The notes under the pieces were generated by a model. The model saw nothing but the letters and a program-made list of their open reading frames with translations, made no database searches and was not told where the DNA came from. A program made the position numbers and the translations under genes. Below, piece after piece: positions 47,075-63,082 of a DNA stretch of 64,000 bases. Source of the stretch: an uncultured bacterium (lineage in GTDB: Bacteria > Fermentibacterota > Fermentibacteria > Fermentibacterales > Fermentibacteraceae). The stretch covers positions 25,952 to 89,951 of the forward strand of contig CAZMTK010000002.1 of NCBI GenBank assembly GCA_964569245.1, read 5' to 3'. The first letter of the stretch is position 1. Each line of letters begins with the position of its first letter.

Positions 47075-47341
47075 CTACTTCTTCTTCTCGCGGTGGCCGC
47101 GGAAGGTCCTGGTAGGGGCGAACTCTCCCAGCTTGTGCCCGACCATGTTCTCCACGACATAGACAGGCACCATCTTGCGGCCGTTGTGCACGGCGAACGT
47201 GTGCCCTACGAACTCGGGCGGAATCGTCGAGCGCCGGGCCCAAGTCCTGATGACCTTCTTCTCGGGGTCGGAGCCGGCGGCAACGACCTTCTCGAGAAGC
47301 TTCCCGTCGACGTACGGGCCTTTCCTGAGCGAGCGGGACAT
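47075..47341 (-). CDS. rpsS: 30S ribosomal protein S19
   Basis: [26 protein letters not shown]. Confidence 0.98.
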   Translation of the reverse strand: MSRSLRKGPYVDGKLLEKVVAAGSDPEKKVIRTWARRSTIPPEFVGHTFAVHNGRKMVPVYVVENMVGHKLGEFAPTRTFRGHREKKK

Positions 47342-47343
47342 CC

Positions 47344-48183
47344 CTACTTCCTCCTCTTGCCCGTGGGCCTGCGTCTCGTGATCAGCTTGTCGGACGGCTT
47401 GGGGGGCCTGGTCTTGAGGCCCTTGGCCAGCTGTCCCCAGGGCGAGCAGGGATGGCGGCCTCCGCTGGACTTGCCCTCGCCGCCGCCCATGGGGTGGTCG
47501 ATCGGATTCATGGCGACGCCCCTGACGCTGGGTCTGCGTCCCAGCCAGCGGGATCTGCCGGCCTTGCCGATGCTGATGTTGGAATGGTCGGCGTTTCCGA
47601 CGACCCCCAGAGTCGCCATGCAGGCCAACGGAACCATTCTCATCTCCCTGGAGGGCATGCGCAGAGTCGCATAGCCGCCCTCCCGGGCCAGGAGCTGGAC
47701 CGATACTCCGGCGCTGCGTGCTATCTGGCCGCCCTTGCCGGGGCGGAGCTCCACGTTGTGTATCATCGAGCCGAGGGGGATCCTCTCGAGCGGGAGATGG
47801 TTGCCGACCTCGGGGGCGGCATCGCGGCCTGATACGATCGTCTGCCCGACCCTTAGACCCTCCGGCGCCAGGATATACCGCTTCTCGCCGTCGGGATAGA
47901 CCACCAGCGCGATGCGGGCGGAGCGGTTTGGATCGTACTCGATGGCATCGATGCGTCCGGGAATGTCGAACTTATTCCGCTTGAAGTCGATGATCCGGTA
48001 CTGCCGCTTGTGCCCGCCTCCCTTGTGCCTGCAGGTGATGCGGCCGTAGCTGTTGCGGCCCGCCTTCCTGTTGAGCGGCTCCATGAGAGACTTCTCGCCG
48101 CGGGACCTCGTGATCTCGGAGAAGTCGGGGAGCACGGTCCATCTGGTTCCCGGCGTGACCGGCTTGAGCCTTCTCGTAGGCAT
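47344..48183 (-). CDS. rplB: 50S ribosomal protein L2
   Basis: [25 protein letters not shown]. Confidence 0.99.
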   Translation of the reverse strand: MPTRRLKPVTPGTRWTVLPDFSEITRSRGEKSLMEPLNRKAGRNSYGRITCRHKGGGHKRQYRIIDFKRNKFDIPGRIDAIEYDPNRSARIALVVYPDGEKRYILAPEGLRVGQTIVSGRDAAPEVGNHLPLERIPLGSMIHNVELRPGKGGQIARSAGVSVQLLAREGGYATLRMPSREMRMVPLACMATLGVVGNADHSNISIGKAGRSRWLGRRPSVRGVAMNPIDHPMGGGEGKSSGGRHPCSPWGQLAKGLKTRPPKPSDKLITRRRPTGKRRK

Positions 48184-48186
48184 GGA

Positions 48187-48477
48187 TCACACCCCCTCGA
48201 AGAAATCGACCTTCTGGCCTTCGGCCAGGGTCACGACGGCCTTCTTCCAGGAGGGCCTTCTGCCGATGTTGCGTCCCAGGCGCTTCTCCTTGCCCTGCAT
48301 GCTGATCGTGTGCACGGCGGTCACCTTGACGCTGAAGATCTCCTCCACGGCTCTGGCGATCTGGACCTTCGTCACATTCCTCGGGACACGGAAGCTGTAC
48401 CTGTTGTGGCTCTCCCGAGCGGCCGTGGACTTCTCCGTGACGAGGGGCGTAAGGATCACTTGTCTTGCGTCCATCAC
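48187..48477 (-). CDS. rplW: 50S ribosomal protein L23
   Basis: PLVTEKS, WKKAVVTL. Confidence 0.97.
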   Translation of the reverse strand: MMDARQVILTPLVTEKSTAARESHNRYSFRVPRNVTKVQIARAVEEIFSVKVTAVHTISMQGKEKRLGRNIGRRPSWKKAVVTLAEGQKVDFFEGV

Positions 48478-49097
48478 TGCACCCTCTCCTTCAGGATGTC
48501 TACGGCCTTCTCGGAGAGGAGGACCACCTCCGATCCCACCAGGGCCCTCACGCTGACGTGGCGAGCCTGGACCGCAACCGTGCGCGGGATGTTGCGCGCC
48601 GCCCTGATGGTCATCTCGTCGCTGTCGTCAACCAGTATGACTGTCCTGCGGCCGTCGCAGCCCTGGTTGCGGACCAGCTCGACGACCTCGGCAGTTCTGC
48701 CGGTGCAGGCCAGGTCGCGGATGAGCCTCAGGTTGCCTTCGGCAAGCCGCTCGCTGAGAATGCCCGCCACCGCCTTGCGCCTGACCTTGCGGTTCACCTT
48801 GAGGGACCAGGTTCTCGGATGGGGCCCGTGAGCCACACCTCCGCCCACCCATACCGGCGAGCGGAAGCTGCCCGAGCGAGCGTGTCCGGTGTGCTTCTGC
48901 CTCCAGGGCTTGGCTCCGGAGAGGTTGACGTCGCTCCTGTCCCGCGAATCCGCTGTGCCGCTCCTCGAGTTGAGGTCCTCCGCCCGCACGACTTCCCAGA
49001 GGACATGGGTGGAGACCCCGGTTCCGAATATCTCCTCGGGCAGGTCGGCAGTTCCGACCTCCTCGCCCTTCATGTTGTAGACCCTCGCCTCGGCCAT
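48474..49097 (-). CDS. rplD: 50S ribosomal protein L4
   Basis: KPWRQKHTGHARSG, GGGVAHGP, RNIP. Confidence 0.97.
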   Translation of the reverse strand: MAEARVYNMKGEEVGTADLPEEIFGTGVSTHVLWEVVRAEDLNSRSGTADSRDRSDVNLSGAKPWRQKHTGHARSGSFRSPVWVGGGVAHGPHPRTWSLKVNRKVRRKAVAGILSERLAEGNLRLIRDLACTGRTAEVVELVRNQGCDGRRTVILVDDSDEMTIRAARNIPRTVAVQARHVSVRALVGSEVVLLSEKAVDILKERVQ

Positions 49098-49098
49098 C

Positions 49099-49728
49099 CT
49101 ACCTTCCACCTCCCGCCTTTCTGACCAGGAGGTAGCCGTTCCTCGAGCCGGGCACAGCGCCCTTCAGCAGGATGAGGTTGCGCTCGGTGTCGATCCTCAC
49201 GATCTCCAGGTTGCGGACGGTTATCTTGGTGCAGCCGTCCCTGCCGGGCATGCCCTTGCCCTTCCAGACCTCTGCAGGCGTCGTATGCTGGCCTATCGCC
49301 CCGGGTACCCGTTTCGACTTGCAGCCGTGCGCCTCGTCCCCGCCGGAGAAGCCGTGCCGCTTCACTACGCCTTGGAATCCCTTGCCCTTGGAGAGCCCGG
49401 TGACATCTACCCTCTCGCCAGGCACGAACATCGAGACCTCGAGAAAGTCCCCGGGCTTCACGTCCCTGTCCGCGGGCTTCGGGACCTCGACCAGTCGGGC
49501 CACAGGGGGAGCGCCCGCCTTGTCAAGGTGGCACTGAGCAGGCCTTGCGAGCCTGGACTTCTTCTGCGGCCTGTAGCCGATCTGGACAGCCTCGTAGCCG
49601 TCCCGCTCGACGGTCCTCACCTGGACCACCGGGCAGGGGCGGGCCTCCAGAACGGTTACGGGCACGACCCTTCCGTCCTCCCGGAACACGCGGGTCATGC
49701 CCACCTTTCGAGCCATGAGTGCGCTCAT
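49099..49728 (-). CDS. rplC: 50S ribosomal protein L3
   Basis: KVGMT, GKGFQGVVKRH, LLKGAVPG. Confidence 0.98.
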   Translation of the reverse strand: MSALMARKVGMTRVFREDGRVVPVTVLEARPCPVVQVRTVERDGYEAVQIGYRPQKKSRLARPAQCHLDKAGAPPVARLVEVPKPADRDVKPGDFLEVSMFVPGERVDVTGLSKGKGFQGVVKRHGFSGGDEAHGCKSKRVPGAIGQHTTPAEVWKGKGMPGRDGCTKITVRNLEIVRIDTERNLILLKGAVPGSRNGYLLVRKAGGGR

Positions 49729-49897
49729 CTTCGTCTCCCGTCGCTGAAGTCCCCTCTGGGCGGTGGGACGAGCGGTTCTGTATCACAGCGAGGCCCTTCG
49801 GGCCTTCGCCCCGGAGGACCCTTCCGGGGCCCGCCTGCCCCTTCCGGGTCCGCCCTCTTAGCCCGGCTCCTGCGCCGGACCAGTCAGGATGGCTTCC
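49729..49897 (-). other. 169-nt GC-rich multi-hairpin spacer between rpsJ and rplC (candidate structured RNA)
   Basis: GGACCC-GGAA-GGGG...CCCC-GGAA-GGGTCC (49816-49851), AGGCCC-GAA-GGGCCT (49791-49805) and further short stems. Confidence 0.45.
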
Positions 49898-50203
49898 CTA
49901 TCGTACCTCGACGTCCACTCCTGCTGGAACGTCGAGCTGCCTCAAGACCTCTGTCGTCTGCTCGCCAGGATCTCGTATCTCGATGAGGCGCGAGTGCACG
50001 CACATCTCGAACTGCTCCCTGGATTTCTTGTCGATGTGCGGACTCCGCAGGACTGTAACCAGGCTCCTCTTCGTCGGGAGGGGGATCGGTCCCGCAACGG
50101 TTGCCCCGGTCTGCTTCACGCCCCTGACAATGCTCTGGGCCGAGCGGTCCAGGAGCCTGTGGTCATAGGCCCTGAGCCTTATCCTGAGCCTGGGTTCGTT
50201 CAC
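49898..50203 (-). CDS. rpsJ: 30S ribosomal protein S10
   Basis: [30 protein letters not shown]; GTG start at 50203. Confidence 0.98.
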   Translation of the reverse strand: MNEPRLRIRLRAYDHRLLDRSAQSIVRGVKQTGATVAGPIPLPTKRSLVTVLRSPHIDKKSREQFEMCVHSRLIEIRDPGEQTTEVLRQLDVPAGVDVEVR

Positions 50204-50228
50204 TTCCGACCTCCGCAGAACGGGGCTT

Positions 50229-52322
50229 TCAGCCCCTGCCCGCCGCATCGGCGGGATGACACGAGATACCCATCCTCTGCTTGAGCGCCAGGGCCGCTGC
50301 AGGCGGCACCACGGCGAACTCGAGGAACTGCATTGTGTAGCTTGCGCGTCCCTGTGTCAAGGAGCGCAGAGAGGTAGTATAACCAAAAAGCTCGGCAAGG
50401 GGTACCCTTGCGTCTACCAGGCTCACCTCTCCCCTCGGCTCCATCGAGAGAACCCTCCCTCGCCTCGAGGAGATGTCGCCGATAACGTCGCCCACGTACT
50501 CTCCGGGACACACGATGTCAACCTTCATGACCGGCTCCTTGAGAATCGGGTCTGCGGCGGACACGGCGTCCCTCAGGGCCATGGCGGCGGCGGTCGAGCA
50601 GCCGATCTCGCTGCTGTCGGATTCGTGCAGGCGCGACTCGACAAGTTCGACGCGGATGCCGTCGAGCGGGAAGCCGGCGATCGGACCCGCTCCCACGGCG
50701 CCCATCACGCCCGTGCGGATCGCCTCGACCAGGCCGGGAGGAAGGCCGGCGGCGCCCTGTCCGGCGACGAACTCGATGCCCGATCTCATCGGCGAGACGG
50801 CCAGTCTGGCATGTCCGAAGTTGCGTCTGCCTCCTATCTCGCGCTCGAACTCCGCCTCCGCCTCCGCCCTGGCGGCGACGCCCTCCCTGTAGGAGACCTG
50901 CGGTCTCCCCGTCCTGACCCTGATGCGCTTCTCCCTCTTGAGCCTGTCGGCGACGATCTCGAGGTGGAGCTCGCCCATGCCCCTGACGAGAAGCTGCCCC
51001 GAATCCTCGTCGATCCCGGTGCGGAGTGTGGGGTCCTCCCCGGTGAGGTCCTCCAGAGCCTCCTCCAGCGCCTTCTCGTCACGGGTGCTCTCGGGTTCTA
51101 TCGCCATCTGCATTACGGGATCGGGAAATGTGATCGGCTCCAGCGCGATAGGGTGATCCATGTCGGTCAGGGTGTCGCCGGTCGCGGCTCCCCTGAGTCC
51201 CACGGCAGCTATGTCTCCAGCGGCGATCTCCTCTATGTGGATGCGCTTGTCGGCATGCATGCGGAGCAGCCTGGCGAGGCGCTCCTTCCTGCCTGTGCGG
51301 TTGTTCAGCACGGTGTCTCCGTCGGCGGCCACGCCGGAGTAGACCCTCATGAAGGCCAGCCTGCCCAGATGGTCGTCGCTCTGGATCTTGAACACGAGGG
51401 CGGTGAACGGCTCGTCCTCGGTGCGCTGGCGCTTCGTCGCGAGTCCGTCGGGCGCAGTGCCCGACACGGCAGGCAGGTCGGTCGGAGCCGGCAGCCAGTC
51501 CACCACTGCATCCAGCAGGGGCTGTATGCCGGCATTCCTGAGGGCGGATCCGCAGAGCACGGGAACGAAGCGCCCCTCTATCGTGCCCCTGCGGATGAGC
51601 GAGCGCACCTCCTCCCGGCCCAGCTCTCCGGCGAAGTAGCGTTCCATGGCGCGATCGTCAAGCAGGGCTGCAGCCTCCCACAGCTCGTCGCGGGCGGACT
51701 CGTAGCGCTCCCTCATCCAGTCGGGTACGGGCTCAGTGATCACCTCGGCTCCCAGCGACTCCTGTTCGAACCGCATGGCGACTCCTTCGAGGACGTGCAC
51801 CACCCCCGAGAAGCCGCTGCCTGAGCCGATGGGGATGCAGACCGGGAGCGGCTTCGCGCCGAGGCGCTCCCTCATCATCCCAAGGACCATGTCGAAGTCG
51901 GAGCCCTGCCGGTCGAGCTTGTTCACGAAGGCCAGCCTGGGCACTCCGTACCTGTCGGCCTGGTGCCAAACCGTCTCGGACTGGGGTTCGACTCCTCCAA
52001 CCCCGCAGAATACTGCGACGGCACCGTCGAGAACCCGGAGGCTGCGCTCCACCTCGACCGTGAAGTCCACATGGCCAGGAGTGTCGATCAGATTGATCTG
52101 ATGGTCCCGCCAGATGCACGTGGTGGCGGCCGCCGTGATGGTGATGCCCCTCTCGCGCTCCTGGGGCATCCAGTCCATCGTTGCAGTTCCGTGATCCACG
52201 TCGCCCATGCGGTGGAGGCGTCCGGTGTAGTACAGGACCCTCTCTGTGACAGTGGTCTTTCCGGCATCGATGTGGGCCATGATGCCGATGTTTCGTATCC
52301 TGTCCTGTCCTGTCCTCCCCAT
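50229..52322 (-). CDS. fusA: elongation factor G (divergent domain IV)
   Basis: [43 protein letters not shown]. Confidence 0.96.
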   Translation of the reverse strand: MGRTGQDRIRNIGIMAHIDAGKTTVTERVLYYTGRLHRMGDVDHGTATMDWMPQERERGITITAAATTCIWRDHQINLIDTPGHVDFTVEVERSLRVLDGAVAVFCGVGGVEPQSETVWHQADRYGVPRLAFVNKLDRQGSDFDMVLGMMRERLGAKPLPVCIPIGSGSGFSGVVHVLEGVAMRFEQESLGAEVITEPVPDWMRERYESARDELWEAAALLDDRAMERYFAGELGREEVRSLIRRGTIEGRFVPVLCGSALRNAGIQPLLDAVVDWLPAPTDLPAVSGTAPDGLATKRQRTEDEPFTALVFKIQSDDHLGRLAFMRVYSGVAADGDTVLNNRTGRKERLARLLRMHADKRIHIEEIAAGDIAAVGLRGAATGDTLTDMDHPIALEPITFPDPVMQMAIEPESTRDEKALEEALEDLTGEDPTLRTGIDEDSGQLLVRGMGELHLEIVADRLKREKRIRVRTGRPQVSYREGVAARAEAEAEFEREIGGRRNFGHARLAVSPMRSGIEFVAGQGAAGLPPGLVEAIRTGVMGAVGAGPIAGFPLDGIRVELVESRLHESDSSEIGCSTAAAMALRDAVSAADPILKEPVMKVDIVCPGEYVGDVIGDISSRRGRVLSMEPRGEVSLVDARVPLAELFGYTTSLRSLTQGRASYTMQFLEFAVVPPAAALALKQRMGISCHPADAAGRG

Positions 52323-52392
52323 CAGGGGCTCCTCCGGGGCCGGTTCCGCAGATCCAGGGTGAAGGGGGCCGCCCGGGGAAGCGCCCCTGGGC

Positions 52393-52866
52393 CTACCAGC
52401 GGTAGTGCGCGAAGGCCTTGTTGGCCTCGGCCATCTTGTGCGTCTCTTCTCGCTTCTTGACGCTGCCCGCGCCCTCGCCCCTTGCGGCGTCCATCAGCTC
52501 AGCAGCGAGCCTGTCGGCGAGGGACCTGCCCTTGCGCTGACGGGAGTACTGGATTATCCAGCGGATAGCCAGGGCGTCGCGCTCGGACTGTCTGACCTCC
52601 ATGGGAACCTGGTAGGTCGAGCCTCCAACCCTGCGCGACTTGACCTTGAGAACCGGCCTGACGTTGTTCATGGCCCTGTTGAATACGCTGAGGCCGTCCT
52701 GCCCGGTCTTCTCCTCGATTATGTCCATCGCGCCGTAGAAGATCCTCTCGGCGACGGGCTTCTTCCCTCGCTCCATTATGCTGTTGATGAACCTCGTGAT
52801 GAGCGTGTTCCCGTATCTCCTGTCGGGGGGCAGCTCGCGCTTCCGTGGTGTTGCTCGTCTCGGCAT
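52393..52866 (-). CDS. rpsG: 30S ribosomal protein S7
   Basis: [28 protein letters not shown]. Confidence 0.99.
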   Translation of the reverse strand: MPRRATPRKRELPPDRRYGNTLITRFINSIMERGKKPVAERIFYGAMDIIEEKTGQDGLSVFNRAMNNVRPVLKVKSRRVGGSTYQVPMEVRQSERDALAIRWIIQYSRQRKGRSLADRLAAELMDAARGEGAGSVKKREETHKMAEANKAFAHYRW

Positions 52867-52901
52867 CCCTCTTCGGCTTCCTCTCTGCCGTTATCCTCGT
52901 G

Positions 52902-53273
52902 CTACGAGGGCTTCTTGGCCCCGTACTTGGACCTGCTCTGGCGCCTTCCCTCGACGCCCGAGGCGTCCTCCACACCTCTGATGATATGGTACCTCACACC
53001 CGGGAGGTCCTTGACCCTGCCGCCCCTGACTAGGACCACCGAGTGCTCGTTGAGATTGTGACCCTCGCCCGGGATGTAGCAGGTGACCTCGTAGCCGTTC
53101 CGCAGCCTGACCCTGGCCACCTTCCGGAGCGCCGAGTTAGGCTTCTTGGGCGTCGAGGTATATACGCGGGTGCAGATGCCCTTCTTCTGGGGACACCCCG
53201 TCAGCGCCGGGGCTTTCGTCTTCGTCGACTTCTGGCTGCGTCCGTGACGCACCAGCTGGTTTATGGTCGGCAA
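52902..53273 (-). CDS. rpsL: 30S ribosomal protein S12
   Basis: [30 protein letters not shown]; TTG start. Confidence 0.99.
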   Translation of the reverse strand: MPTINQLVRHGRSQKSTKTKAPALTGCPQKKGICTRVYTSTPKKPNSALRKVARVRLRNGYEVTCYIPGEGHNLNEHSVVLVRGGRVKDLPGVRYHIIRGVEDASGVEGRRQSRSKYGAKKPS

Positions 53274-53329
53274 CTCAGCTCCTTTCTGCGCCTGCGGATC
53301 CTACGGCGCCGCAGGTGAAGCCTTTCATC

Positions 53330-58168
<4,839 letters not shown>

Positions 58169-58169
58169 C

Positions 58170-61100
58170 CTACTTCTCCTCCTCGGTGACGAGCTCGACG
58201 TCAAGTGCCAGGGCCCTCATCTCGTTGAGGAGCACGTGGAACGATTCCGGAACGCCAGGTTCCGGAATGACGTCGTTGTTCACTATCGCGCTGTAGGCCC
58301 TGGACCTGCCCTCCGCGTCGTCCGACTTGATGGTCAGCATCTCCCTGAGGGTATAGGCGGCGCCGTATGCTTCGAGCGCCCATACCTCCATTTCCCCGAG
58401 TCTCTGGCCGCCCTTCTGGGCCTTGCCTCCGAGCGGCTGCTGGGTGACCATTGCATACGGGCCTGTTGACCTGGCGTGCATCTTGTCCTCGACCTGGTGG
58501 GCGAGCTTCATCATGTACATGACACCCACGGTGACCTTCTGGTCCATGGGCTCGCCGGTGCGTCCGTCGCAGAGCAGTACCTTGCCGTCCTGCGGCAGCT
58601 TCGCCTCCTTCTGGCCCTTTCGGATTATCTCGTTGGTGGCGGAGTCGAACACCGGGGTTATCGCAGTGAAGCCCAGCTTCTGCGCGACCCAGCCGAGGTT
58701 CGTCTCCATGATCTGCCCGACGTTCATCCTGGAGGGGACTCCCAGCGGGTTGAGACAGATGTCCACAGGCGTGCCGTCGGGCAGGTAGGGCATGTCCTCC
58801 TCCGGGACGATGATGCTCACGACGCCCTTGTTTCCGTGGCGTCCGGCCATCTTGTCCCCGACCTGGAGCTTGCGCCTGCTGGCGATGTACACCTTCACCA
58901 GCTTCAGAGTGCCGGGCTGCAGCTCGTCACCCTTGTTGATCTTGTCCACCTCTATCTCGTACTCGCGCTCCATGCGCTCTATCTGGGCGTTGGATCTCCG
59001 CAGCACCTGGCGAACCTTGTCATCGACCTTGAGATCGTCCACGAGCTGGGTCCCGGTGTCGAGGTCGGCGAAGCTGATCCTGGACAGCGCGGTGGCGCTC
59101 AGCTTCCTCCCCGGCGCGACGACCATCTCGCCAGTCAGGACGTCGACCATGTTGACCGCCTTCTGGTCCCGCAGGAGTTCCTTCAGTATCACGTCGCGCT
59201 CGGCGGCCAGGGTCTTCTTCCGGGTCTCGAGCTCCTCCGAGAGGCGGCGAACCTTCTCGTCGATCTCGCGCCGCGCCCTCTCGGACCTGTCCCTGCGGGT
59301 ATAGACCTTGACGTCTATCACAACGCCGTCCATCCCCGCAGGAGCCTTCAGCGACACGTCCTTCACGTCGCCGGCCTTCTGGCCGAAGATCGCCCTGATG
59401 AGCCTCTCTTCCGGAGACTGGTCCTGCTCGCCCTTCGGGGTGACCTTGCCGACCAGATAGTCGTCGGCCTTGACCCTCGAGCCGACCCTGATGATGCCGT
59501 CGGCGTCCAGGTTCCTCTTCGCCTCCTCGCCCACGTTGGGGATCTCCCGCGTGAGCTCCTCGGGGCCGAGCTTCGTCTCCCGGAACTGGGTCTCGAGCTC
59601 GAAGACGTGGACCGACGTGAATGCATCGTTCTTGATCAGCCGTTCGCTGACCACGATCGCGTCCTCGAAGTTGTATCCGTTCCACGGGCAGAAGGCCACT
59701 AGTGCGTTGACGCCGAGCGCCAGCACTCCGTCCTTGGTGGCCATTCCGTCCGCCAGGGGCTGCCCCTGCTCGACGTGGTCGCCCTCGCGCACGATCGGCT
59801 TCTGGTTGATGGCGGTGTCCTGGTTGGTCCTCACGAACTTCTTCAGGTGGTAGACGTCGAACCTGTTGAAGTCCAGCGGATCGGTATCTGCTCGAACGAC
59901 GATCATCGAGGCGTCGGAGTGCGTCACTCTTCCGCTCCGGCGAGCTACCACGAGAGCACCCGAGTCGCGGGCGGCCCTGCCCTCGAGGCCGGTGCCGACG
60001 ATGGGGGCCTCGGTGTAGAGAAGGGGAACGGCCTGTCGCTGCATGTTCGAGCCCATGAGGGCCCTGTTGGCGTCGTCGTGCTCCAGGAACGGAATGAGCG
60101 CGGCAGACACGCCCACGAGCTGCTGCGGGCTGACGTCAATGTACTCTACCTCGGAGGGAGGCACCATCGGGAAGCTTCCGGCACGCCTCGCCCTGACCAG
60201 GGGGCCCTTCAGGAACCCCCTGCCGTCGATCTCCGTGTTCGCCTCTGCGATGGTTGTCCTGTCCTCCCTGTCGGCCGACAGATAGACAACCTCGTTCGTG
60301 ACCCTGCCCTTGATGACCCTCCTGTAGGGGGCCTCGAGGAACCCGAACCTGTTTATGGAGGCATAGACCGATAGAGTCGTGATAAGCCCGATGTTGGGGC
60401 CCTCAGGGGTCTCCACCGGGCAGACGCGGCCGTAGTGAGTGTGGTGGACGTCCCTCACGTCGAAACCCGCGCGCTCCCTGGTGAGGCCGCCCTCGCCGAG
60501 GGCGCTCGTGCGCCTCTTGTGGGTGAGCTCTGCGAGAGGGTTCGTCTGCTCCATGAACTGGGAGAGCTGGCTCGAGCCGAAGAAGGTGTTGATGACGCTC
60601 GACAGGGTTCTCGAGTTGACGAGCTCTGTCGGCGTCAGCTTCTCGCGGTCCTGGTGGCCCATCCTGTCGCGTATGGTGCGGGCCATGCGGCTCAGCCCCT
60701 TCGAGAACTCCTGCCCCAGCAGCTCGCCGACGGTCTTGACCCTGCGGTTGCCGAGGTGATCGATGTCGTCGGCGGCGATCTTCCCTTCGCGCAGCCGTAT
60801 GAGGTTCTCCACGATTGCGACAAGGTCATCGACCGTGAGGGTGAGCCGGTCCATGGGTGTCTCGATGTTGAGGCGCTCGTTGAGCTTGTAGCGTCCCACC
60901 TCGCTGAGGCTGTATCTCTTCGAGTCGAAGAACATCGAGCGCAGATAGCTCCTGGCGTGATCGAGCGACGGGGCCTCGGTGCCCCTCAGGGCCTCGTATA
61001 TCCAGAGTGTGGCGTTGTCGTCGTTCTTCTCCACGCCGGACCCCAGGCTGGACTCCTCCTTGGCGAGGGTCTTCCTTATGCCGTCGAAGTCGGTCTTGTC

Positions 61101-61973
61101 GCTGCGGACGTCCAGGAAGGCGGCGCGCCTGATGCCCCTGGCGACAAGGGCCTCGAGCTTTTCGATGTTCTCCACGGGCTCGTCGCACCTGGCCAGAAGC
61201 TCGCCTGTCTTCGGGTCCACTATGTCTTCGGCGAACGATTTCAGTGTGAGCTCGACGGACTTCGTCTTGCTCTTGAGCGCCGTGTCGAGGGCGTGCTCGA
61301 CCCTGGGATAGAACCGGGACAGGATCTCAGCGTCCGTCGAGAGACCCAGCGACCTCAGGAGCATCGTTATGGGGATGCGCTTGGGCCTCTTGTCGATGTT
61401 TGCGAAGATGACGTCGTTGGTGTCCAGCATCAGGTCGAGCCAGGACCCCCTCTGCGGAATGACGCGCGCGCTGCAGACCCTTCTGCCCCTGGGCATCGCC
61501 TTTTCCTCGAAGAAGACCCCGGGGCTCCTGTGGAGCTGGCTCACGATGACCCTCTCGGCCCCGTTGATGATGAACGAGCCCGTGTCCGTCATGAGCGGGA
61601 GTTCGCCGAGGAAGACCGACTGCTCGACTATCCTCGAGACCTTCTTCTCGTCGGGCGTTCCTCTGAAGACCAGTCTCAGCTTGGCGTTGAGCGGGGCTGC
61701 GTAGGTCAGGTGCTTCGCCAGGGCTTCGTCGATCCCGTATCTGGGGGTTCCGACCTCGTATCGGACGTACTCCAGAGAGAACTCCCTGTTCGCGCTCTCG
61801 ATCGGGAAGGTGTCCAGGAATATCTTGTGGAGTCCCTGGGGGAGGCGCTCGTCCGGGGGCACCTCGGCCTGGAGAAACATCTCGAAGGACTTCTTCTGTA
61901 TGTCCAGAAGATCAGGCACCTCGATCGCGGGAGTGATCCGCGAATAGTTCCTGACAGGTCTCTTATCCTTCAC
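58170..61973 (-). CDS. rpoB: RNA polymerase beta subunit
   Basis: [42 protein letters not shown]; GTG start. Confidence 0.99.
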   Translation of the reverse strand: MKDKRPVRNYSRITPAIEVPDLLDIQKKSFEMFLQAEVPPDERLPQGLHKIFLDTFPIESANREFSLEYVRYEVGTPRYGIDEALAKHLTYAAPLNAKLRLVFRGTPDEKKVSRIVEQSVFLGELPLMTDTGSFIINGAERVIVSQLHRSPGVFFEEKAMPRGRRVCSARVIPQRGSWLDLMLDTNDVIFANIDKRPKRIPITMLLRSLGLSTDAEILSRFYPRVEHALDTALKSKTKSVELTLKSFAEDIVDPKTGELLARCDEPVENIEKLEALVARGIRRAAFLDVRSDKTDFDGIRKTLAKEESSLGSGVEKNDDNATLWIYEALRGTEAPSLDHARSYLRSMFFDSKRYSLSEVGRYKLNERLNIETPMDRLTLTVDDLVAIVENLIRLREGKIAADDIDHLGNRRVKTVGELLGQEFSKGLSRMARTIRDRMGHQDREKLTPTELVNSRTLSSVINTFFGSSQLSQFMEQTNPLAELTHKRRTSALGEGGLTRERAGFDVRDVHHTHYGRVCPVETPEGPNIGLITTLSVYASINRFGFLEAPYRRVIKGRVTNEVVYLSADREDRTTIAEANTEIDGRGFLKGPLVRARRAGSFPMVPPSEVEYIDVSPQQLVGVSAALIPFLEHDDANRALMGSNMQRQAVPLLYTEAPIVGTGLEGRAARDSGALVVARRSGRVTHSDASMIVVRADTDPLDFNRFDVYHLKKFVRTNQDTAINQKPIVREGDHVEQGQPLADGMATKDGVLALGVNALVAFCPWNGYNFEDAIVVSERLIKNDAFTSVHVFELETQFRETKLGPEELTREIPNVGEEAKRNLDADGIIRVGSRVKADDYLVGKVTPKGEQDQSPEERLIRAIFGQKAGDVKDVSLKAPAGMDGVVIDVKVYTRRDRSERARREIDEKVRRLSEELETRKKTLAAERDVILKELLRDQKAVNMVDVLTGEMVVAPGRKLSATALSRISFADLDTGTQLVDDLKVDDKVRQVLRRSNAQIERMEREYEIEVDKINKGDELQPGTLKLVKVYIASRRKLQVGDKMAGRHGNKGVVSIIVPEEDMPYLPDGTPVDICLNPLGVPSRMNVGQIMETNLGWVAQKLGFTAITPVFDSATNEIIRKGQKEAKLPQDGKVLLCDGRTGEPMDQKVTVGVMYMMKLAHQVEDKMHARSTGPYAMVTQQPLGGKAQKGGQRLGEMEVWALEAYGAAYTLREMLTIKSDDAEGRSRAYSAIVNNDVIPEPGVPESFHVLLNEMRALALDVELVTEEEK

Positions 61974-62087
61974 CTGGTCACTCCTAACGGCTGGCTCGCA
62001 CCAGTGGACTGGAAACCCGGTCGGGGAAAACAGCGAGAGAAGGCCGTCTGCGGCCCTCTCCCGCCGGTGTAGCTCACGAGCACGCCA

Positions 62088-62471
62088 CTACTGCAGCTTG
62101 ACGGTTGCTCCGGCCTCCTCGAGCTGCTTCTTCATGTTCTCGGCCTCGGCCTTTTCGATGCCCTCCTTGATCTTGGAGGGAACGCCGTCGACCAGGTCCT
62201 TGGCCTCCTTGAGGCCCAGGCCCGTGACCTCGCGGAGGACCTTGATGACCTGGATCTTCTTGTCGCCGAAACTCTCGAGGATCACGTCGAACTCGGTCTT
62301 CTCCTCCGCGGGGGCGGCGGCCGCCGCACCGCCGGTGCCGGGAGCGGCTACGGCCACCGGAGCGGCTGCCGAGACTCCGAACTTCGCCTCCATCTCCTTG
62401 ACGAGTTCCGCGAGCTCGAGGACGGTCATTCCGGATATGGTCTCGATTACGAGAGCCTTCTTGTCGCTCAT
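62088..62471 (-). CDS. rplL: 50S ribosomal protein L7/L12
   Basis: [19 protein letters not shown]. Confidence 0.98.
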   Translation of the reverse strand: MSDKKALVIETISGMTVLELAELVKEMEAKFGVSAAAPVAVAAPGTGGAAAAAPAEEKTEFDVILESFGDKKIQVIKVLREVTGLGLKEAKDLVDGVPSKIKEGIEKAEAENMKKQLEEAGATVKLQ

Positions 62472-62525
62472 CTCGTTCTCCTCCGTCGCTCCGGGCGCAT
62501 CGCGCGACCACGGAGCACCTGTGTT

Positions 62526-63065
62526 TCAGCCCTGCTGCTCCCGCTTCTCCCTCAGGCCGTTCACGGCATTGAGGAAACCGCGGAGAACAGCCCCGGTCAC
62601 ATTCACGAAACCCTGCAGGGGCGCGTTCATCGACCCCATGATCTTGGCAACCAGCTCATCTCGTCCGGGCATGTCGGCCAGGCTGGTCATCTCCGATGCC
62701 GAAAGGCTCTGGCCCGAGACATAGCCGCCCTTTATGCCGGGGCGGCCGTCGTTCGTGCTGGCGAACCTCTTCAGCGCCCTCACCGGGAGGATCTCGTCCG
62801 CGGCCCAGGCCACGGCGGTAGGACCCTCTGCCAGCCCGGTCACCGCAGCATCGCCGGGCACGTCCACATCCGCGAACACCCTCCTCAGCACGGTGTTCTT
62901 CACGACCTTGAAGCCCACTCCGGCGGACCTCATCTCCCTGCGGAGCCTGGTCATGCCCGCGACGTCAATCCCGGTAAAATCGGCGAGTACCACGCACCTG
63001 GAGTTGGCGAGCTCCTTTGCGAGGTCTGCGCGGACCTTCTCCTTGCGAGTCCTGGCGATGCTCAC
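62526..63065 (-). CDS. rplJ: 50S ribosomal protein L10
   Basis: VVKNTV, GPTAVA, LADMPGRDEL; GTG start with GGAGGT upstream. Confidence 0.96.
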   Translation of the reverse strand: MSIARTRKEKVRADLAKELANSRCVVLADFTGIDVAGMTRLRREMRSAGVGFKVVKNTVLRRVFADVDVPGDAAVTGLAEGPTAVAWAADEILPVRALKRFASTNDGRPGIKGGYVSGQSLSASEMTSLADMPGRDELVAKIMGSMNAPLQGFVNVTGAVLRGFLNAVNGLREKREQQG

Positions 63066-63082
63066 CTTACATCACCTCCGGC

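Noticed and set aside
48880-48910. L4 loop QKHTG as a macrolide-resistance change
   Set aside because: This variant occurs naturally in other bacteria; not distinctive
49816-49851. SRP (4.5S) RNA domain IV
   Set aside because: CCC-GGAA-GGG-GCAG resembles it, but the conserved CAGG/AGCA internal loop is not matched
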